NCBI RefSeq assembly: GCF_006345805.1
Contig: NW_021825332.1
Coordinates: 1 to 15,953 of the forward strand
Source of the DNA: Octopus sinensis
Lineage: Eukaryota
Length of the DNA: 15,953 bases
Direction: 5' to 3'
Positions 8,943-15,953 of this stretch are shown piece after piece. The first letter of the stretch is position 1, and each line of letters opens with the position of its first letter. The position numbers and the translations under genes were made by a program. The notes below the pieces were generated by a model that had not been told where the DNA came from, searched no databases, and saw only the letters and a program-made list of their open reading frames with translations.

Positions 8943-9330
8943 TACCATCAGTTTCATCCAAAGGCTGTGGCCGTGCTGGGGCATTGCCGTAAACCCTAAT
9001 ATCTGTTTATTTTTGGAGTCACTGATAATGTAGCGAGTTGGACTCAACTGCTCTTCCTTGCGATTCTTGTTTTGATGTAGGTTTATCTGGTTTATAAGGT
9101 AAAGATTTGTTCAGTTATTGTTGAACAGATCCCTGTCTACACCTCGTAGTCTTCCGACGCTTCTCAGCAACCTATCGAAAATGCGTGTGCCTTACAATCC
9201 TAAATTGTTACAATGTCAGGTCCTTATTCTGGTCGGAGACGGCGAGACCATTGGTATTATGTAATGGTGTTGAGTCCGGTTATTGGTATAGGTTTCAATC
9301 CCAATGTTGGATGCTAGACCTTTCAGGATT
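8943..9330 (-). mobile_element. 5'-truncated CR1-group LINE: decayed ORF2 C-terminus plus 3' UTR
   Basis: Minus-strand translation: ILKGLASNIGIETYTNNRTQHHYIIP...RIRT*HCNNLGL*GTRIF...GVDRDLF...PDKPTSKQESQGRAVESNSLHYQ* (stop at 9021-9019). This matches the WKIL.G..PN / NS....GP..FN.LP / FK..LD..L...PDEP layout. A tail shared with SINE A follows. Exact clade uncertain. Confidence 0.8.
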
Positions 9331-9339
9331 TCCGGTCTT

Positions 9340-9497
9340 TTTTTCCTTCTCTCTTCCTTTTTCCCACGCAATCCTTCCTATTGAAGAGCGTAGGCTCGAA
9401 ACGTCAAAGAATTTTCCATTCTTCTCGAGCGTCAAAATAATACATCTGCTTGTTATTCCTTGACCTGTTTTCGTCTTTTCTTTCTTAAATTTGAACT
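9340..9497 (+). mobile_element. Short element with a degenerate minimal hammerhead-like motif and T-rich tail, ending in (TA)n
   Basis: CTATTGA-A-GAGC-GTAG-GCTC-GAAACGTC (9378-9405), flanked by CTTC / AAAG. Confidence 0.45.
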
Positions 9498-9525
9498 ATA
9501 TGCAGTGTGTGTATATATATATAGT

Positions 9526-9593
<68 letters not shown>

Positions 9594-10157
9594 TATATAT
9601 ATACATATATATGTGTTTATATATATAGTATATATTTATATATACATATATACACACACACATATATGTACGTGTATGTATACGTATAGTCACACATGCA
9701 TATACATACACAATACACACGCACATTCGGTCTAAAATACATGTAATTGTTTTTCTAAGTGCAAAAATTCTACTTGGCTGACCTATAACATGTCGACGAG
9801 GTCAAATAGACCGATACTTATGTCCATGGTGAGCTGTACCTGCAAACAAAGATCAGACTAGCAATTCCCTAAACATATAAATTAATTCAATAGAATTATT
9901 CTTAAATTAATTCTAACTTCTTGCGAAGAGTCGCTAACATTTGCCAATAGAGTATGCTTTCCTGTCGCCAATTCAGACAGAAATATTGATAAATTAATAT
10001 TTTATTGTGCATGACATTCAGTACAACATCCACTAATTGTGTGTGAGTGTGTGTGTATGTATATGTGTTTGCGTGTGTGTATATATGTCTGTATGTGTAG
10101 ACATGTCAAATTATGATAAACACAAGATGGAGTTTATATGATTTTTGTATCATTTTT

Positions 10158-10200
10158 CCTTACGTGTTTCGCCATGGTCAATATCTGCATCCTCAGTAGT
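10158..10200 (-). ncRNA. Minimal type I hammerhead-like motif of the Penelope type
   Basis: Minus strand CTA-CTGAGGA-TGCAGATATTGACCATGGC-GAAAC-AC-GTA-AGG. All catalytic core bases are present; stems I and II are imperfect. Confidence 0.5.
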
Positions 10201-10274
10201 GGATGCAAGTAGCGATCTAAATAAGCTTACTTCCAGCTGTCATGCATTAAACTGCACACAAAAGATGTCTATAT

Positions 10275-10330
<56 letters not shown>

Positions 10331-10389
10331 GGCGGTGCCCCAGCATGGCACAGCTCGTGAACTGAAACTAGATGAAATGATGAAATGAT
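10331..10389 (+). mobile_element. Extremely 5'-truncated LINE/SINE 3' tail inserted in (TA)n
   Basis: GGCGGTGCCCCAGCATGGCACAGC...TGAAAC matches the 3' ends at 8988-8951 and 8000-7961, followed by a tandem GATGAAAT tail. Confidence 0.8.
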
Positions 10390-10783
10390 ATATATATATA
10401 TATATAGTCAGCCCTTCATTCCAAACAGACACAGTCCTTTAGTCTTAAATTTAGTAGTTGATAAAAAGGGAATTAAATTAGAAATGAACCACAATCCTTT
10501 ACAAACTATGACCCCACTAAGCTTCATGCCTGTCTTGGAGTGTAGTATATTCTTAGCTACATTAGCGACAAGATGGATTTCTTCAATTTTCTTGCTCTGT
10601 TTAAGTATTTGAGTAAAATTATATTAATGTGTCCAACTGATTAAAATTCTATATATTTGTGCAACTGATGATAGCCCTGCATTTAAACTGTTGTAATGAT
10701 TGCACTGTTGAATCAAATGGAGCTGATTGACACGGTCGTACTGAATCTCTTCTTGATATCCTGTTGCTTATTTTGATATATAC

Positions 10784-10790
<7 letters not shown>

Positions 10791-10828
<38 letters not shown>

Positions 10829-10945
10829 TGTGTATGTGTGTGTGTGTGCATGTGTGTATGTGTATGTGTGTCTGTGTGTGTGTTTGTGTGTGTGTGTGTT
10901 TGTGTGTCTGTGTGTGTATTTGTGTGTGTGTGTATGCATGTGTGT
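10791..10945. repeat. (TG)n microsatellite
   Basis: Direct repeats. Confidence 0.95.
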
Positions 10946-11237
10946 ATCTATGTACAGTTGCACATTTGTATGTTTTGCTTTATATATGTATTTTCATGCG
11001 TATAGTTGCATATCTAGACATGCTCATATATATTTAAATGCTAAACTTCTGAAAAGTTTTACAGATTTTTACAGTTCCAGTGATGGATTGGATCTGTAGT
11101 CTTCGAATTTGCTTTCTCCTTTCTGGTTTTGAGAAGCCTAATTTCTCAAGATTGGTATTTAGGCAGTGTGTTATGTATGTATGCATGCATGCATGTATGA
11201 TGTACAGTAAATATATAATTATATATATATATATATA

Positions 11238-11281
<44 letters not shown>

Positions 11282-11499
11282 CATAATAGAAATATGTTAC
11301 AAAAAGAAATAGAAACTACACGTGGTAATGTTAGGGGAAAGTATATATATATATATGTGTGTTGTGTGTGCATATGAGTTTTTACTACCTTTACAGAATA
11401 TGTACCTCACATGAGAATGAAAATGATGTGTATGCAAACTCTTCAACATCTGAACACTACACAAAGCAAAACAACTATATTAAATTAACAGCCATGTCA

Positions 11500-11758
11500 C
11501 CACCACCACCACCACCAACAACAACTACTACTAAATAATAATAATAATAATAATAATAACAATAACAATAATATAATAATAACAATAACAATAATAAAGA
11601 ATAATAATAATAATAATAAACTAATAATAATAATAATATAATAATAATAATATAATAAAATGATGATAATAATGATGATAATGATAATAATAATAATGAT
11701 GATGATGATGATGAGGATGAGGATGATGATGATGATGATGATGATGATAATAATAATA
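11500..11758. repeat. Compound (ACC)n/(AAC)n/(AAT)n/(GAT)n microsatellite
   Basis: Direct repeats. Confidence 0.95.
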
Positions 11759-11914
11759 AGCCGCTCTCAACCTTTGCACAAATAGGTGTTTAGATAAGAA
11801 TCAAAGATCAAGTGATGTTAGGGTGTACGCTTTATGCAGGATTAACCGACCGGAGTCTTTGTGTTTTTTAATCTTTTGCCGACTTGTGTAGTAGAGCAAG
11901 CAAGGAGAGATATC

Positions 11915-12165
11915 GATGGCCGCAGCTGGCCGTTTTAATATACTATCCTCCAAGTTAAATACTGGCCACAGAGGTTCGCATTCTGCCGTCGCGTGTACTT
12001 GTGTTGGGGCTCACGCTTTCTCTATGGACTGAAATCGGACATTCCTGTGACTCTCAGTGATTTTAGTGACATCGTAGGATTTAATTTTCCTTTTTATTGG
12101 TCTTTAACACAAGGGAAGGCATCGCTGTGTGCTTTTCAATCCTAAATTGTTACAGAGGCCGTCTT
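11915..12165 (-). mobile_element. Second, more decayed 3' fragment of the CR1-group LINE
   Basis: 12127-12154 matches 9185-9212 at 26/28 nt and translates CNNLGLKSTQ..LPLC*R. Boundaries are approximate. Confidence 0.5.
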
Positions 12166-12245
12166 GTGCGTCAGATCCCCTGTGCAGCACTTTGGATAAA
12201 TGTCTTTTACTATAAATAAAATGCCCTGTGAATGAATAAATGGAT
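12165..12245 (+). mobile_element. Decayed core fragment of SINE family A
   Basis: GCACTTTGGATAAATGTCTTTTACTATA resembles GCATCTTGGGCAAGTGTCTTCTGCTATA of the 7933-8348 copy. Confidence 0.5.
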
Positions 12246-12811
12246 GCATGCATATAAATATATTGTTAGATTTCGCAAATTATTCCTATATTTTTGCGGA
12301 ACATAACATCAGCATTTATTACTTCTTCTAGTCGATCTTTGCATTTTCCCATGAATACTAGCTTTGTTTTAGACTATTTTTTATTTTTAAGTCGTATCCA
12401 ATAACCTATTTTTCGTAAATTTAGCATTAAACAAACAATAGTGATGCTAGAATGTCTTCTTAACAGATTTCTCTATTTATTTCAACTTTGAAGATTTCAC
12501 TTCAAACTTCCAGTCAGTTAAGCTATATCCTATGAAATCAGTTTGTCATTCAAAATCGAAACAAACATTTTTTTTTTTCATATTTTTTTTCTTTTGAATC
12601 TAACCAGACCATTGCCAAGTTCATGCCTTCTCTTACAACTGTTCAATATTATCTTGTCTATTACAAATTGGTCTTTAATACCTCAGATCTTCCTGTGACA
12701 ACCCCTTTTTGTCTCCCTGGCAATAGAGTTTCCACTTCAAACGATGAAAACATATCTCACTAATAATCCTAGACAAAGGTTTCCACATCAAAAGAAGGCG
12801 ACATCCTTGTT

Positions 12812-12812
12812 A

Positions 12813-12880
<68 letters not shown>
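12812..12880. repeat. (TTA)n microsatellite
   Basis: Direct repeats. Confidence 0.95.
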
Positions 12881-12882
<2 letters not shown>

Positions 12883-12929
12883 TGTAGTGTGGTCATCGTC
12901 ATTGTTGCTGTTGCTATTGAGCTGACACA

Positions 12930-13148
12930 AAGGCGGCGAGGTGGCAGCATCGTGAGCGTGCTGGACAAGGTGCTTAGCAGTATTTCGTCTGTTGCTATGC
13001 TCTGAGTTCAAATTCCGCCGAAGGCTACGTTGCCTTTCATCTTTTCGGGGTCGATAAATTAAGTACCAGTGAAACACTGGGGTCAATGTAATCGACTAGT
13101 CCCCTCCCCGGAAACTGGAAACTGCTGCCTTTGTGCAAAAATTTGAAA
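12930..13148 (+). mobile_element. tRNA-derived SINE family B, variant ending TTGTGC.AAAATTTGAAA
   Basis: AAGGCGGCGAGGTGGCAG head and B box GAGTTCAAATTCC. Colinear with the other copies. Confidence 0.92.
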
Positions 13149-13156
13149 TGATCGTC

Positions 13157-13450
13157 ATTATTATTATTGCCTTTGCACAGCTTCTAACGCTGGAGATGTA
13201 CCACGGTGTCAGCTGTGCACTTTGCCTTTATTCTCTCATAGATTGCTTTTTGTTCATCTGTCATATCGCTATTAGTTTTATCGTCTTCTTTCAGATGTCT
13301 CTCATCAAGTAAACTACCACTGCTCCTTTCCTGTGCTATGAGATTACACTTATTAGTGAGGAATGTATTTTCATCGTTATCTCTGCTGCTATTTTCCAAG
13401 ACCCATCTTTTGATAGCTTCGTGCAGCACATCTGTGAACCAACGGTTTCT
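13157..13450 (-). mobile_element. Probable R4/Dong LINE N-terminal ORF fragment running into a short 3' segment and (AAT)4
   Basis: Extending ORF 13184..13429 upstream gives RRNRWFTDVLHEAIKRWVLE...DEQKAIYERIK. This resembles the K.GW(F/L)(S/T)D.E.E.I.R segment near the N-terminus of Dong-type ORFs. It lies between AAT arrays on the same strand as the RT fragment at 14256. Confidence 0.5.
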
Positions 13451-13542
13451 TCTTCTTCTTCTTTTCTTCTTCTTCTTCTTCTTCTTCTTCTCTTCTTCTT
13501 CTTTTCTTCTTCTTCTTATTCTTTCTTCTTCTTATTATTATA

Positions 13543-13583
<41 letters not shown>

Positions 13584-13612
13584 TATTTATTATATTATCA
13601 TCTATCATTATC

Positions 13613-13649
<37 letters not shown>

Positions 13650-13731
13650 TATTATTATTATTATTATTATCATTATTATTATTATTATTATATTATTATT
13701 ATTATTATTATATTATTATATTATTATTATT
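13447..13731. repeat. Compound (TTC)n/(TTA)n/(TCA)n microsatellite
   Basis: Direct repeats; forms the tail or target of the element at 13732. Confidence 0.95.
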
Positions 13732-14258
13732 GAGTGAGAGAGCAGCGCATGCCATCAAAGTGACACTGGGGTAAAATATACGAAGCCCAGTATACCCATC
13801 ATGACGACCCGTCTGATAAGGGTACACAAGGCACATGTATCACAACCGTATATGCGCGACATGGTGATCTCATACCAAGATAAACAGCGCACGACTTTGC
13901 ATGTCGATGGGGTGAGGGCAGTTAGAATTTTCTTCTGGTCCAGTAGCCCATCCCGCTCAAAAGTGCTCTGAATAAGAGTTGTTTAAGGATGTTGAACAAA
14001 ACACCCATGTTTGCAAAGGTGAATTTTCCAAACTCGAAAAAATTCCTCTCAACACATGGCTATGATGCTCCCCCACTTCTGCTCGTGATCAGAGATGCAC
14101 ATATCGTCAGCCATAAGGGACATGGCTCAATGGTTAAGGTCCAACAACTGACAAGCAATCTGTGGTATTGAGCAGAATATTTGCTGTAGCCCATCTTTTA
14201 TACCAAGACAAAACAATGTACATGATAACACTTCCAAACAGTTAAGATGAGAAGCCAC
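13732..14258 (-). mobile_element. ~525-bp non-coding retroposon, copy 2 (lacks the first ~28 bp)
   Basis: Reverse complement of 3806-4302. Confidence 0.9.
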
Positions 14259-14664
14259 TTTTAGTCATCCATAGCCATCACTTTTCTCTGTCTTATCTTC
14301 AACATCCCTATGAAATTGTCCATGCATTCTTTTCTTTATCCATCTATTTTGAGTTTCATTCATTCTCAAGTGCTTGTACAGTGCTTTATCTTTGCAATCT
14401 TTCATCCTCCACAAGCCTGACATTCTTACTTCCAATAATAGTGGTTCTGTAGCATTTTTATATACCATGCTATGTTGTTTTCTGCTTTAATGCTGTGTTC
14501 GCATCCAATAAGTCCTCTTCCCCCTCTTTTTCTTGGTACATACAGTCTGTCTGTGTCACGTTTTGGGTAGAGTGACTCATAGCTAGTTAGCAACTTCCTT
14601 GTCTATCTGTTTAAGCTGTTTAGTTCGTCTACTGTCCATGCGATTACTCCTGCTCCATATCTAA
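14256..14664 (-). pseudogene. R4/Dong-clade non-LTR retrotransposon ORF fragment (RT thumb and post-RT region)
   Basis: RYGAGVIAWTVDELNSLNR*TRKLLTSYESLYPKRDTDRLYVPRKRGGRGLIGCEHSI, then a frameshift, then KNATEPLL...WIKKRMHGQFHRDVE. The DRLY.PRK.GGRGL and W..K.MHGQF motifs are typical of RLE-type R4-clade elements. Confidence 0.85.
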
Positions 14665-14702
14665 CGAATCTGCCAGATCACAATATTTTCAAAGTTAGTA
14701 AC

Positions 14703-14918
14703 GGTTCCAACTTTTGGCACAAAACCAGTAATTTTAGGAAGATGGGATTATCGTTTACATCGACACCAGTATATGACTGGTAGTAGCTTTATCAACCCCG
14801 AAAGAACGAAAAGCAAAGTTGACCCCAGCGGAATTTAAACTCAAAGAGTAACGAGTCAGCAGAACCGCCGCTGATCATTTTGTCCGACGTGCTAACGTGT
14901 CAGCCAACTCGGTGCCTT
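14703..14918 (-). mobile_element. tRNA-derived SINE family B, diverged copy
   Basis: Colinear with 2465-2681. Confidence 0.85.
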
Positions 14919-14955
14919 GCCACAGTTAATCTTACCACGATTTATGCTCGACAAT

Positions 14956-15170
14956 AAGGCAGCGAGCTGGCAGAATTGTTAGCACACCGGGCGAAATTCT
15001 TAGCCATATTTCGTCTGTTTTTACGTTCTGAGTTCAAATTCTGCCGAGGTCAACTTTGCCTTTCATCCTTTCGGGGTCGATAGATTAAGTACCAGTTGCG
15101 TACTGGGTTCGATCTAATCGACTGGCCCCCTTCCCCAAAATTCTGGGCCTTGTGCCTAGAGTAGAAAAGA
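14956..15170 (+). mobile_element. tRNA-derived SINE family B, well preserved, with a possible decayed target-site duplication
   Basis: A box TGGCAGAATTG (14968-14978) and B box GAGTTCAAATTC (15030-15041). Flanks are GATTTATGCTCGACAA (14939-14954) and GATTTCTGCTCTAAGACAA (15169-15187). Confidence 0.93.
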
Positions 15171-15539
15171 TTTCTGCTCTAAGACAAAAAAAAAACGCAG
15201 CATGTCTTTGAGTTTATGCTGTATCGCACGTTCGATGTACGATACAACGGGACAATAAATAACGTCGTCGCAAATCGTTCTACTCAAGATACAAAATACT
15301 TGTAATTACACTTGACAATATGCAACTCTCGGCTTTATACATCTCACACACTCCCCACCACACTCTCTACGCATGTGCATATATATAGCGGCAAAGTCCA
15401 TTAGCAGCCAACCAAATAGTGGTGTTCTGATTCCACACAACATAATAATTTACCCTTTAAACAGTAAAAGGAGCGCTAAACTAAGAGGTGTGTAAGGGTG
15501 TGGACTGGAAATAGCAGAGTCAGTCGACTGAACCAAACT

Positions 15540-15632
15540 TAGTTTTGTTGATCCGCAGGAGGAGAACTCAGAAGCTAAAGGATCGGTGTTAAAATATTTA
15601 AAACATTTTGTTCGACGCGCTATAGATTCTTC
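15540..15632 (-). mobile_element. Highly decayed SINE family B fragment
   Basis: GAACTCAGAA and CATTTTGTTCGACGCGCTA..GATTCT match parts of the other copies. Confidence 0.5.
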
Positions 15633-15709
15633 TTCTCCACCGATTACATATCACTCAACTTTGGAATGATTGATACTGAAGGAATATATATATATATATA
15701 TACATACAT

Positions 15710-15755
15710 ACAGAAACACGTGTGTAAATTGAACAGAAACACGTGTGTAAATAGA
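15710..15755. repeat. 23-bp tandem duplication containing the palindrome ACACGTGT
   Basis: ACAGAAACACGTGTGTAAATTGA / ACAGAAACACGTGTGTAAATAGA. Confidence 0.9.
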
Positions 15756-15770
15756 AAAAAAGATAGATAG

Positions 15771-15830
15771 ATAAATAGATAGATAGAAAGATAGATAGAT
15801 AGATAGATAGTTAGATAGATAGATAGATAG

Positions 15831-15868
<38 letters not shown>

Positions 15869-15878
15869 GTAGGTAGAT

Positions 15879-15953
<75 letters not shown>
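15771..15953. repeat. (GATA)n microsatellite
   Basis: Direct repeats running to the window end. Confidence 0.97.

Noticed and set aside
74-13774. Numerous ORFs rich in YI, CV, HT, poly-N, poly-I or poly-L
   Set aside because: They are translations of TA, TG, CA and AAT microsatellites that happen to lack stop codons in some frames.
13989-14171. 60-aa ORF inside the ~525-bp element
   Set aside because: The frame is disrupted in copy 1 by a 23-bp deletion and it lies antisense to the element's tail polarity.
15710-15755. CRISPR-like repeat
   Set aside because: Only two adjacent units with no spacer, in eukaryotic repeat DNA with no cas genes.

Overview
This is AT-rich, microsatellite-saturated eukaryotic DNA, intergenic or intronic. 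No intact protein-coding gene was found, and almost every ORF in the track is a simple-repeat artefact. The repeat complement looks like a coleoid cephalopod, most likely Octopus (inference). Supported content: three tRNA-derived SINE families in about 10 copies or fragments; a frameshifted, truncated Tc1/mariner transposase whose 5' part has been locally copied in inverted orientation (about 240-bp, ~98% identical hairpin, 977-1867); a small fold-back element (528-757); the 3' end of a CR1-group LINE whose tail is shared with one SINE family; R4/Dong-clade LINE fragments; and a ~525-bp non-coding (AAT)n-tailed element in two copies, one fused directly to Dong ORF sequence. The most interesting signal is RNA structure: four different hammerhead-ribozyme-like motifs near TA/CA microsatellites. 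One (331-400, minus strand) has its three strands in a non-circular, pseudoknotted order. All family names come from recognising motifs by eye, not from database searches.
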